Virus record (IMG/VR): IMGVR_UViG_3300011438_000036
Location: 1 to 26,107 of that record
DNA: 26,107 bases
Strand: one strand, 5' to 3'
Source of the DNA: a virus
Lineage: Duplodnaviria; Caudoviricetes
Made by a program: the position numbers and the translations under genes. The notes below the pieces were generated by a model. That model was not told the DNA's origin, ran no database searches, and saw only the letters and a list, made by a program, of their open reading frames with translations. Shown here one piece after another: positions 1 through 7,498 of this stretch (positions are counted from its first letter, which is position 1; each line of letters starts with the position of its first letter).

Positions 1-60
1 GAGGCGGAGGCGCAGAATTCTCGCGACGGCGCCTCGGACGACTCGCGAAAACATCAATGA
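1..60 (+). other. possible 3' end of an upstream ORF (integrase or host gene), truncated by the window
   Basis: Frame 1 is open from base 1 (EAEAQNSRDGASDDSRKHQ) to TGA at 58-60, just before the att core. Too short to identify. Confidence 0.2.
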
Positions 61-77
61 TTATCGGGGTGAAATCG

Positions 78-123
78 TGGTGCGCCCGGACCGATTCGAA
101 CGGTCGACCCCCGCCTTAGGAGG
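78..123 (-). mobile_element. attachment-site core: 3' half of a tRNA-Arg(CCU) gene
   Basis: Minus strand reads C-CTCCTAA-GGCGG-GGGTC-GACCG-TTCGAAT-CGGTC-CGGGCGC-A-CCA: anticodon loop (CCT), 3' anticodon stem, variable loop, perfect T arm, acceptor strand and CCA. The 5' anticodon stem, D arm and 5' acceptor strand are absent. Confidence 0.85.
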
Positions 124-216
124 CTCACGGGCGAGCGCGAACACCCGTCGGCTCTACGACTTACCTCTCGGCCTGCCAGATTGGATCGAGAATTCTTGGG
201 TTACACTGGCCGCCAG

Positions 217-657
217 ATGCCGCTGAGCGCGAAACACCAGCGCTTCGTTGCCGAGTTTCTCATCGACACGAACGCCACGCAAGCCGCCATCCGCGCCGGC
301 TACTCGAAGAAGACCGCCCGCGTGCAAGGCTCCCGCCTGTTGACGAAAGCTGCCGTCAAGCAGGCCGTCGCCACAGGCCAGGCGCGGATGGTCGCCCGGC
401 TCGAACAGACCGCCGATATGAAGGCCGACGAACTCGTCGCGAAGGTGTCGGCCATCGCCCGCATGAAGGTGCGGATGGGCGGCAAGGAAGTGATGCGCGC
501 GATCGAGCTGCTCATGAAGCGGTACGGACTCATCAAGGACCGCGTGTCGGTCGAGAACCCCGACGGCACGCCCCTGAACCTCTCCGGCCTCAGCGCCGAA
601 CAGATTGACCAGTTCGAGAAGCTCCTCGCGCTCGCGACGACCCCGCCGAAGGTGTGA
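217..657 (+). CDS. terS: terminase small subunit
   Basis: N-terminal LSAKHQRFVAEFLIDTNATQAAIRAGYSKKTARVQGSRLL is the typical Terminase_2 HTH signature. ATG 217 preferred to TTG 181. GTGA overlap with terL. Confidence 0.93.
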   Translation: MPLSAKHQRFVAEFLIDTNATQAAIRAGYSKKTARVQGSRLLTKAAVKQAVATGQARMVARLEQTADMKADELVAKVSAIARMKVRMGGKEVMRAIELLMKRYGLIKDRVSVENPDGTPLNLSGLSAEQIDQFEKLLALATTPPKV

Positions 658-2159
658 ACATCCTCACCATCCCGCCGGGGCTCACCCTTGAGGCGATCCG
701 CGCCGAGAAGAATCGCCGGCGCTGGCTCACCGATCCGGTCGCCTGGTGTCGCGAGCGGACCGGCGGCTACCTCTGGAGCAAGCAACGCGCGATTGTTGAG
801 AGTGTCCGGGATCGTCGCCGCACGGCCGTGCCCTCGTGCCACGACGCGGGGAAGAGCTACGTCGCCGCGCAGCTCGTCGCCTGGTGGATCGACACGCACC
901 CGCCCGGCGAGGCCCGTGTCGTCACCACGGCGCCGACCGGGCGACAGGTCCGCGCGATCCTGTGGCACGAGATCGGGCGCGTGTTCGCGAAGGCGCAGTT
1001 ACCGGGCCGCGTGAATCAGACGCAATGGTATCGCGTCGGCGCGTACGGCAAAGAGGAACTCGTCGCCTTCGGCGCGAAACCGGCCGATATGGACCCCGCC
1101 GCATTCCAAGGCGTCCATGAACGCTACGTGCTCGTCATCTTCGATGAAGCGGACGGCATCCCAAAGTCGCTCTGGGACGCGGCGGAGGGCCTCATCTCGA
1201 ACGAGGAGGCGCGCATCCTCGCGATCGGGAATCCGGTGAATCCGACGTCCGAGTTCGCGAAGGTCTGCGAGCCCGGATCGATCTGGCACACAGTGCCGAT
1301 CAACGCCTTCGAGACGCCAAACTTCACCGACGAGGCCGTCCCCGATCGGTTGCGCCCGCTACTGGTGCAGAAGGTGTGGGTCGACGAGGTCACACGCAAA
1401 TGGGGCGTGGACAATCCCCTGTATATCGCGAAGGTGCTCGGGCGCTTCCCGCCGCACGGGGGCGACAACCTCATCCCGATCGAGTGGATCCGCCAGGCGC
1501 AGGACCGCGAGATTGAGCCCGCGGAACCGAGCGAACTGGGCGTCGACGTCGGCGGCGGCAATGACAAGAGCGTCGTCGCGCATCGGCGCGGCGGGCACGT
1601 GCGCATCATCCGCAGTGACACGAATCCCGACACGATGGCTACGTGCGGGAACATCATCAAGGACCTGCGCACGACGGGCGCGCGCATCGCGCGCGTGGAC
1701 GTGATCGGGATTGGGCGCGGCGTCGTGGATCGCGCGAAGGAAATCGCCGGCGGCGACCAGTCGACCGGTGACAAGGCCACCACCGCGCGGCTCGCGAAGA
1801 AGATCGTCGGCGTGAACGTCGGCACGAAGCCGCGCGACGAAGAGCAATACATGAACCTGAAGGCCGAGGCCGCGTGGGCGCTCCGCGAGTGGTTTCAGCG
1901 CGGGCTCATCGACATCGACCCGGCCGACAAGGACCTCGCCGCGCAGCTCGTCACACTCAAGAACAAAACGACATCAACAGGCAAGAATGCGATGGTCTCG
2001 AAGGAAGAACTGAAACGCTCAGGGCTCGACAGTCCCGATCGGGCCGATGCGGTCATCCTCGCCTTCATGCCGACGATGGGCTCGGCGCCGGGCGCCATCA
2101 CCGCCGGCGCCGCGAAGCCCGACCCGATGGGCCGCGCGATGACCTCGAAGCGGTTATAA
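654..2159 (+). CDS. terL: terminase large subunit
   Basis: Walker A-like SCHDAGKS, TTAPT, Walker B VLVIFDEADG, coupling motif IGNP, nuclease motifs LGVDVGGGNDKSV and SPDRADAVILAF. Confidence 0.95.
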   Translation: MNILTIPPGLTLEAIRAEKNRRRWLTDPVAWCRERTGGYLWSKQRAIVESVRDRRRTAVPSCHDAGKSYVAAQLVAWWIDTHPPGEARVVTTAPTGRQVRAILWHEIGRVFAKAQLPGRVNQTQWYRVGAYGKEELVAFGAKPADMDPAAFQGVHERYVLVIFDEADGIPKSLWDAAEGLISNEEARILAIGNPVNPTSEFAKVCEPGSIWHTVPINAFETPNFTDEAVPDRLRPLLVQKVWVDEVTRKWGVDNPLYIAKVLGRFPPHGGDNLIPIEWIRQAQDREIEPAEPSELGVDVGGGNDKSVVAHRRGGHVRIIRSDTNPDTMATCGNIIKDLRTTGARIARVDVIGIGRGVVDRAKEIAGGDQSTGDKATTARLAKKIVGVNVGTKPRDEEQYMNLKAEAAWALREWFQRGLIDIDPADKDLAAQLVTLKNKTTSTGKNAMVSKEELKRSGLDSPDRADAVILAFMPTMGSAPGAITAGAAKPDPMGRAMTSKRL

Positions 2160-2168
2160 AATAACCGC
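2150..2168. promoter_or_regulatory. perfect 8-bp inverted repeat over the terL stop, containing a -10-like hexamer
   Basis: GCGGTTAT-AAA-ATAACCGC; TAAAAT at 2157-2162; next ATG at 2172 has no SD. Confidence 0.4.
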
Positions 2169-2171
2169 GCC

Positions 2172-2660
2172 ATGCCCGACAGCCTGCTCCGACTCACGCT
2201 GCGGCAAGACCGCGACCTCTCAAGCCTGAGCAATGACGAGCTGGCGGCGCTCCTCGACCTGGTTAAGGTCGAGTATCTGGATGTGGCATCGATCGCGCTC
2301 GATGAGACCTGCACGTCTGCGAAAGACGAGGCGGATGGCGACGCCACGATCGCCTCCGCTGGTGCGGTGATTGACGAGACGATTGCAGGTAGTGTCTCAG
2401 TTTCGATTTTGACCGCCCCGCCGGACGCCCGTCCGTCGGGTATCCTTGGTCGAGCACGTATGCCTAAGGGACCAAAGGGACAAAAACGACCGGCCGACGT
2501 CATCAAGAACGCCGTACACGTCATGCGGATCGCGACTGGCGAGATTGAGGAGCATGACACCAGAAATCAGGCGGCGCTGGCGTTGAGTAAGCTGGGGGCA
2601 TCGAAGGGCGGCACGACGACACCGAAGCCGAACTTCAATCCACCAGGCCAGGGCGCTTAA
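2172..2660 (+). CDS. inserted (moron-like) hypothetical protein, apparently chimeric; alternative start ATG 2460
   Basis: Lies between terL and portal and is visibly more A/T-rich at third codon positions. The part from 2460 (MPKGPKGQKRPADVIKNAVHVMRIATGEIEE...LGASKGG) resembles a small basic protein family I recall from mobile regions. Confidence 0.5.
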   Translation: MPDSLLRLTLRQDRDLSSLSNDELAALLDLVKVEYLDVASIALDETCTSAKDEADGDATIASAGAVIDETIAGSVSVSILTAPPDARPSGILGRARMPKGPKGQKRPADVIKNAVHVMRIATGEIEEHDTRNQAALALSKLGASKGGTTTPKPNFNPPGQGA

Positions 2661-4975
2661 TGTCGAAGCGCGGTCAGCGAGTCATCGCCGAAGCTCGACG
2701 CAGCCGTAGCGCCAAACCGATCCACCTCTCCGCGCCCAAGGGGCAGCCGCTGCTCGGCCCGGGTCTCGGCACCCTCCTCCAGCCCGGCTCGAGCACGCCG
2801 TCGGCGACCGGCGAGATCGGCGTCCCCGGCAATCTGAATCTCTCCGGCTTCCTCACGGGCGAAGACTACAACCACGATCTCGACGGCGCGCCCGCGATGG
2901 CCGTCTATGACGAGATGCGCCGGTCCGACGCGCAGGTCGCGGCCATCCTGCTGATGTGCACGCTGCGCATCAAAGCCGGTACGTGGAACATCACCCCCGC
3001 GACCGACGACGGCGAAGACCAGGCGGTCGCCGACTTCTGCAAAGCGGCGCTGCTCGACGACGAGGCGATGTCGATCCAGTGGTCCGACGTCCTCGACAAC
3101 GCGCTCCTGAAGCTGCCGTTCGGCTGCTCGGCGCACGAGAAGGTCTGGTTCGTCGACGAGACCGGCGCGCTCCGGCTGAAGAAACTGGCGCCGCGACTGC
3201 CGCGCACGTTCTATCGCTGGCTCGAGGATCCGCAGACGAACGAGCTCGCCGCGCTGCAGCAGTTCGCGCCGCGCGGCGGGTCCTACGGCTTCTTCGACAT
3301 CCCGAAGGACGCCCTCGTCCTGCACGTGCTCAATCGCGAGGGCAACAACTACTTCGGGCGCTCGATGCTGCGCGCGGCCTATCCGCACTGGTGGCGGAAG
3401 CAGCAGCTCTACAAGATCGACATGGTCAAGCACGACCGCTGGGGCGTCGGCATCCCGGTCGCGAAGCTCGACAAGGACTACAACACCAACGACACGCCGA
3501 TCGACAAGATCGAGCAGGCGCTCTCCGGGCTCCGGTCGTATGAGCGCGGGTATGTGATCGAACCGTGCGGCGTGACGATCCGGCTGCTCATCCCGGAGAG
3601 CGGCGGCAAGGGCGGGACGGACGCGCTCGGCTCGATCGAGCACCACAACATGCTCATCGCCCGGAGCGCGATCCAGGGCTTCGCCGCGCAGGGCGAGCAG
3701 GCGCACGGGTCCTTCGGCGCCGCCGCGATCACGTTCCAGGCGTTCGAAGACGCCGAGCAAGGGACGGCGCGCGAGCTCGCCTCGGAGTTCCGGATGCAGG
3801 TGCTGAAGCCGCTCTGCGAGAACAACTTCGATATGTCGGGCGGGCGGAAGACGCCGAAGCTCGAGTGCACCGGCCTCGGCAAGATCGACATCAAGGACGT
3901 CGCGCCGGCGCTCAAGTCCCTCGTCGACGCGAAGCTGCTCACGCCCGACGACACGCTCGAGGACTTCATCCGCACGGTCGGCAAGCTGCCGCCGCTGCCC
4001 GAAGAACTGCGCGGCCAGGACCGGACGCCGATGGTCGCCGTGCCGGGCAACCCCTTCGATCCGAACGCGGACCCGAACGCGGACCCAGACGACGCCCCCT
4101 CGAAGAACACGCCCGGCAAGACGCAAAAGAAGAAGCCAAAGGTCGACGCCGCGAAGGTGCGGTATAGCGAGGGCGCGCGCGCCTTCGCGCGGGAACCGAA
4201 CGACCTCGAGCGCCGCGTGTTTAATTGCCACCAGGTGCCCGACACACTCGACACCGAGAAGGCGCGCCTGACGCGTGTCGTCGCGGGCCTCCGGAAGCAA
4301 CACCTGCAGCAGCTCGCGACGTCGATCGCGAAGAAAGACGCGCGGAAGAGCACCGGCGCGTTCACGGACATCCGGCCCGACCAGATCGCGCCCGTCGGCT
4401 TGGCCGATATCACGGCCGTCATCCGCACGTCGCAGGACGTGATGGCGGACTACGGCGCCGACCAGGTGCGCGCCGAACTCCAGAAGCAAGGCCGCTTCCC
4501 CACCATCACCGCGCACACCGCAGCCGAGTCGAAGAAGACCATGAAGTCCGCGCTCACCTCGAGCGCGAAGATCACGGCCGGCAAGGTCGCGACGCAGTGG
4601 CGGGACCTGGCGCTCGAGAACGCGCTGCGCTTGCGGCGCTCCGGCCTCGTCGGCCAGGCGCTCGTCGACGCCATCATCGCGGAGCTCGACGACGACCTCG
4701 AAGTCGGGCTCGGACACGCGCTCGGCGGCGAAGTGAACGAGGCCTTCGGGCTTGGGCGCGCCGTGACCGCCGGCCAGCTCACCGACGAGATCGAGAAGGC
4801 GACGTACTCCTGCCTGCTCGACGCGAGCTCGTGCGACCCGTGCATCGCGCTCGACGGCAAGGAGTTCATCGTCGGGACGCCGGAATACGACGCGGCGATG
4901 CCGCCCTATCGGAAGTGCGACGGGCGCGACAGCTGCCGCTGCGTCTACATCTACACGCTGAAGACCACCCCGTAA
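2660..4975 (+). CDS. portal protein (DUF935/Mu gp29-like) fused to a MuF-type head morphogenesis domain
   Basis: Position after terL. Portal motifs YDEMRRSDAQV, FGCSAHEKVW, NYFGRSMLRAAY, DRWGVGIPV. Low-complexity linker, then a MuF-like end YSCLLDASSCDPCIALDG...PP...CRCVYIY. Confidence 0.85.
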   Translation: MSKRGQRVIAEARRSRSAKPIHLSAPKGQPLLGPGLGTLLQPGSSTPSATGEIGVPGNLNLSGFLTGEDYNHDLDGAPAMAVYDEMRRSDAQVAAILLMCTLRIKAGTWNITPATDDGEDQAVADFCKAALLDDEAMSIQWSDVLDNALLKLPFGCSAHEKVWFVDETGALRLKKLAPRLPRTFYRWLEDPQTNELAALQQFAPRGGSYGFFDIPKDALVLHVLNREGNNYFGRSMLRAAYPHWWRKQQLYKIDMVKHDRWGVGIPVAKLDKDYNTNDTPIDKIEQALSGLRSYERGYVIEPCGVTIRLLIPESGGKGGTDALGSIEHHNMLIARSAIQGFAAQGEQAHGSFGAAAITFQAFEDAEQGTARELASEFRMQVLKPLCENNFDMSGGRKTPKLECTGLGKIDIKDVAPALKSLVDAKLLTPDDTLEDFIRTVGKLPPLPEELRGQDRTPMVAVPGNPFDPNADPNADPDDAPSKNTPGKTQKKKPKVDAAKVRYSEGARAFAREPNDLERRVFNCHQVPDTLDTEKARLTRVVAGLRKQHLQQLATSIAKKDARKSTGAFTDIRPDQIAPVGLADITAVIRTSQDVMADYGADQVRAELQKQGRFPTITAHTAAESKKTMKSALTSSAKITAGKVATQWRDLALENALRLRRSGLVGQALVDAIIAELDDDLEVGLGHALGGEVNEAFGLGRAVTAGQLTDEIEKATYSCLLDASSCDPCIALDGKEFIVGTPEYDAAMPPYRKCDGRDSCRCVYIYTLKTTP
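4061..4084 (+). repeat. 2 x 12-bp tandem repeat in the portal-MuF linker
   Basis: CCGAACGCGGAC twice, encoding PNAD-PNAD. Confidence 0.8.
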
Positions 4976-5000
4976 CGACCTTCGACGAAAGGATCGCCCC

Positions 5001-5282
5001 GTGAGCGACGACAAGATCCAGCCGTTCAAGCCACCGCACAACAACCTGCCGATCATCGGCGTGCACTGCCACCCGCTCGGGATCGCCGTCCAAGTGCCGA
5101 TGGAGTGCCGGTGCGCGACGCCGGCGACGCCGCTCTTCATGGTGTCGCTGACACACGTCATCCAGTGCCCGAAGTGCAAGGCGAACTACCGCATTGGGAA
5201 GGTGGCGTTCGAGATCGCGACGGGCAACTGCGAAGTGCACATCGCGCGCGTCGTCGAGCAGGCGGCGCCCGGGGTCAACTGA
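5001..5282 (+). CDS. small zinc-ribbon protein
   Basis: ECRC...QCPKC cysteine pairs; AAAGGA SD before GTG; TGATG coupling to the next gene. Confidence 0.65.
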   Translation: MSDDKIQPFKPPHNNLPIIGVHCHPLGIAVQVPMECRCATPATPLFMVSLTHVIQCPKCKANYRIGKVAFEIATGNCEVHIARVVEQAAPGVN

Positions 5283-5494
5283 TGGCCACCATCAATCTCA
5301 ACGTCGGAGACAGCCACGAAGCCAACGGCGGCCAGACCCTCGTCTTCTCGTGGCGAGACCGTTTGCGCGTCCTGGTCGGTCGCAGCCTCGAGGTCCACAT
5401 TCAGCAGCGGGTCAGAATCACGGGCGTGCACCCGAACCACGGCGCGCGCATTGAGCTCGGAAAGGTCACCGTTCAGACTCAGTGGACGAAGTGA
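5282..5494 (+). CDS. hypothetical protein (70 aa, MATINLNVGD...)
   Basis: ATG overlaps the upstream stop (TGATG) and its stop overlaps the next ATG. It is the 3' part of the listed ORF 5105..5494. Confidence 0.6.
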   Translation: MATINLNVGDSHEANGGQTLVFSWRDRLRVLVGRSLEVHIQQRVRITGVHPNHGARIELGKVTVQTQWTK

Positions 5495-5715
5495 TGTCAG
5501 ACGACGAGCCAGTGGAGACCAACGGCAATCTCATCAGCCCCTACGAAGTCGCGGCCCTCTGCGGTGTCGACTACGAGACTGTGCGCAAGTGGATGGTGTC
5601 CGGCGCGCTGCCGTTCGTCGAAGTGGGCCCGCGGTTCGTCCGGCGCGTCTATCGCCGGCACGCCGAGGCCATGATTCGTCGTCCCGACGACCAGAAAAAA
5701 ACACCCGCTATCTAA
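5494..5715 (+). CDS. excisionase/MerR-like winged HTH DNA-binding protein (HTH_17-like)
   Basis: LISPYEVAALCGVDYETVRKWMVSGALPFVEVG..VRRV matches the Xis-type HTH pattern; TGATG coupling. Confidence 0.8.
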   Translation: MSDDEPVETNGNLISPYEVAALCGVDYETVRKWMVSGALPFVEVGPRFVRRVYRRHAEAMIRRPDDQKKTPAI

Positions 5716-5716
5716 T

Positions 5717-5814
5717 ATCTGTGCGCGCGCGAGCACAGATCCCGCACTTCTCCCGTCTTTCAGGAAAGACCCCCTTGCGGCCCGCACGTCGCCCCGCGCA
5801 CGCTGGCCGACGTG
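5717..5814 (+). promoter_or_regulatory. intergenic control region: two palindromes and a putative leaderless promoter for the protease-capsid operon
   Basis: ATCTGTGC-N8-GCACAGAT (5717-5740); GTCTTTC-AG-GAAAGAC (5755-5770); TTGCGG (5775)-18 nt-CACGCT (5799)-7 nt-GTG (5812). Confidence 0.45.
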
Positions 5815-6900
5815 ACGCGACCCGCGGGGTTGATTTCGCCCTTTCTCCTGCCCGTGCTCCTCAGCACGCCGGCCGAGGGCCAGGCCGCGTCGAGCTGGAA
5901 TCAGATCGCGCGCGTCGGCGCGTGGTGGGATCCGCGGTACGGTGACTTCGAGCTCTCGCGCGAGGACCTCGCGCAGATGCTCACCAACTTCAAGCACGTC
6001 TTTCCCCTGGCGCCGACCGAACTGCCGATGGACTACAACCACGGCACCTCGAAGCCGGACACGCCGGAGAAGGGCAAGGCCGCGGGCTGGTTCAAGGACA
6101 TGCAGCTCCGCGCGAACGGCGACGAGCTGTGGGCGCTCATCGAGTGGACGGCACCGGCCGCCGCGATGATCGCGAACAAGGAATACCGGTTCGTCTCGCC
6201 GACCTTCGCCTACGACTACAAGCACACGAACGGCCAGGAGCTCGGCACGACCCTCCTCGCGGCCGCGATCACGAACACGCCCGTCATCGAGGGCCAGACA
6301 CCCCTGGGCCTCACTCACCCCGGCGCGCGAGAGCGCACGCGACAGGAGATCGACATGCCGAAGCTGATCACGGTCAAGGACGTAGAGGGCAAGGACGTCA
6401 AGCTGTCGGCCGAGACCGTCGCCGAGATGGTGAAAGCGGCCGGCGTCGAGGGACAGCAGGACCTCTCGAAGCAGATCGGGGACCTGAAAATCGTCGTCGA
6501 TACCCAGGGGAAATCCATCGAGGCGATAAAAGGCGAGAACGTCGAGCTGAAGAAGCAGAACGACGCGCTCGTGCAGGCGGCGAAGACGGCCGACGCGACG
6601 GCCAAGGTCGAGAAGCTCATCCTGGCCGGCAAGGCCCTGCCCGTCGAGCGCGAGGGCCTCATCAAGCTCGCGCTCTCCAACGCGGACCTCTTCGAGGACG
6701 CGACGAAGCACCGTCCGGTGCTCGTCACCCTCAACACGGAACGCGGATCGGGCGCGCCCGGCGATGCGTCGCTGACGGGACAGCTTGAAGCGGCCATCAT
6801 CGAGGAACAGAAGCTGAACCCGAAGCTCTCCCGCGAGCAGGCGTCGACGCGCGCGCTCACGAAGAACCCGAAGCTCTACGACGAATCGGCCGCGCGATAA
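5812..6900 (+). CDS. Mu gpI-like prohead protease with C-terminal scaffold
   Basis: PMDYNH, KAAGW, LWALIEWT, EYRFVSPTF and AAAITNTP are Mu-like protease motifs, followed by a coiled-coil-rich C-terminal half. Confidence 0.9.
   Translation: MTRPAGLISPFLLPVLLSTPAEGQAASSWNQIARVGAWWDPRYGDFELSREDLAQMLTNFKHVFPLAPTELPMDYNHGTSKPDTPEKGKAAGWFKDMQLRANGDELWALIEWTAPAAAMIANKEYRFVSPTFAYDYKHTNGQELGTTLLAAAITNTPVIEGQTPLGLTHPGARERTRQEIDMPKLITVKDVEGKDVKLSAETVAEMVKAAGVEGQQDLSKQIGDLKIVVDTQGKSIEAIKGENVELKKQNDALVQAAKTADATAKVEKLILAGKALPVEREGLIKLALSNADLFEDATKHRPVLVTLNTERGSGAPGDASLTGQLEAAIIEEQKLNPKLSREQASTRALTKNPKLYDESAAR
6355..6900 (+). CDS. nested in-frame scaffolding protein (internal start)
   Basis: CAGGAG-atcgac-ATG at 6355, in frame, just after the protease domain, as in Mu I/Z. 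Confidence 0.65.
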   Translation: MPKLITVKDVEGKDVKLSAETVAEMVKAAGVEGQQDLSKQIGDLKIVVDTQGKSIEAIKGENVELKKQNDALVQAAKTADATAKVEKLILAGKALPVEREGLIKLALSNADLFEDATKHRPVLVTLNTERGSGAPGDASLTGQLEAAIIEEQKLNPKLSREQASTRALTKNPKLYDESAAR

Positions 6901-6932
6901 CCCGCGCGCCCCAACCTGCGAGGACGTGACCC

Positions 6933-7316
6933 ATGGCGTTTGAAGGCGCACTGCAAGCTCTGGTCGGTGTTTCGGCGAGCGCGGATCTCTCGGCGAAGCA
7001 GTTCCTGGTCATGAAGATCTCCGGCGTCGCGACCGTGACGGTCTGCGCCGGCGTGACCGACAAGCCGTGCGGCATTCTGCAGGACGCGCCCGCCAGTGGG
7101 TCTCCGGCGAACGTCGCCTTCTCCGGCGTCTCGAAGGCCGTCGCGGGCGGCACCGTCACCGCGGGCGACACGGTCGGCACGGACGCGAACGGCAAGGTCG
7201 TCACGTACGTGGAAGGCACCGACACGACCAAGTACCGCGTCGGCCGCGCGCTGACGAGCGGCGCCGCGAACGAGGTCATCTCGGTCCAGCTGATGCTCGG
7301 CGGCCGCCTGGCGTAA
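6933..7316 (+). CDS. capsid cement/decoration protein (DUF2190-like)
   Basis: 127-aa Gly/Ala/Val-rich protein (GILQDAPASG, AGGTVTAGDTVGTDANGK, VGRAL) between scaffold and capsid genes; GAGGA SD. Confidence 0.8.
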   Translation: MAFEGALQALVGVSASADLSAKQFLVMKISGVATVTVCAGVTDKPCGILQDAPASGSPANVAFSGVSKAVAGGTVTAGDTVGTDANGKVVTYVEGTDTTKYRVGRALTSGAANEVISVQLMLGGRLA

Positions 7317-7321
7317 TCGCC

Positions 7322-7498
7322 GTGCCGCTGGCCCGCGTGTCGTGCCCGGCGTGCGGTCGTCAAGTCTGTCGCGCGGACATCGCGACGGGCGCCGTGGAAG
7401 TGAAGTGTAGGTGCGGCGTGCTCGTGCGCCAGGACGGCGCAGAGCCCCCGCACATTGTTCGGCCCGAGTCCCTGAGACCTGCGCCGCTCTCGACGTGA
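7322..7498 (+). CDS. com: Mu Com-like zinc-finger translational regulator (58 aa)
   Basis: MPLARVSCPACGRQVCRADIATGAVEVKCRCG aligns by eye with Mu Com (IRCKNCNKLLFKAD..IEIRCPRC) and fills the gap between cement and capsid genes. It is the 3' part of listed ORF 7067..7498. Confidence 0.75.
   Translation: MPLARVSCPACGRQVCRADIATGAVEVKCRCGVLVRQDGAEPPHIVRPESLRPAPLST

Noticed and set aside
78-154. Complete tRNA gene
   Set aside because: The 5' anticodon stem does not pair (TGAGC versus GGCGG) and no D arm or 5' acceptor strand is at the expected distance; only the 3' half is present.
181-216. TTG start for terS
   Set aside because: The family motif begins right after ATG 217 and the extra segment contains the -10-like hexamer.
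2145-2670. TCGAAGCG at both flanks of the insert (2145-2152 and 2663-2670) as a target-site duplication
   Set aside because: It is a common codon-derived 8-mer in this DNA, and no terminal inverted repeats or transposase are present.
2657-5179. 840-aa minus-strand ORF, and similar ones at 5497-6951, 6876-8267, 10915-12456, 15541-16791 and 20959-22491
   Set aside because: Antisense shadows of GC3-biased + strand genes; Arg/Gly-rich with no motifs.
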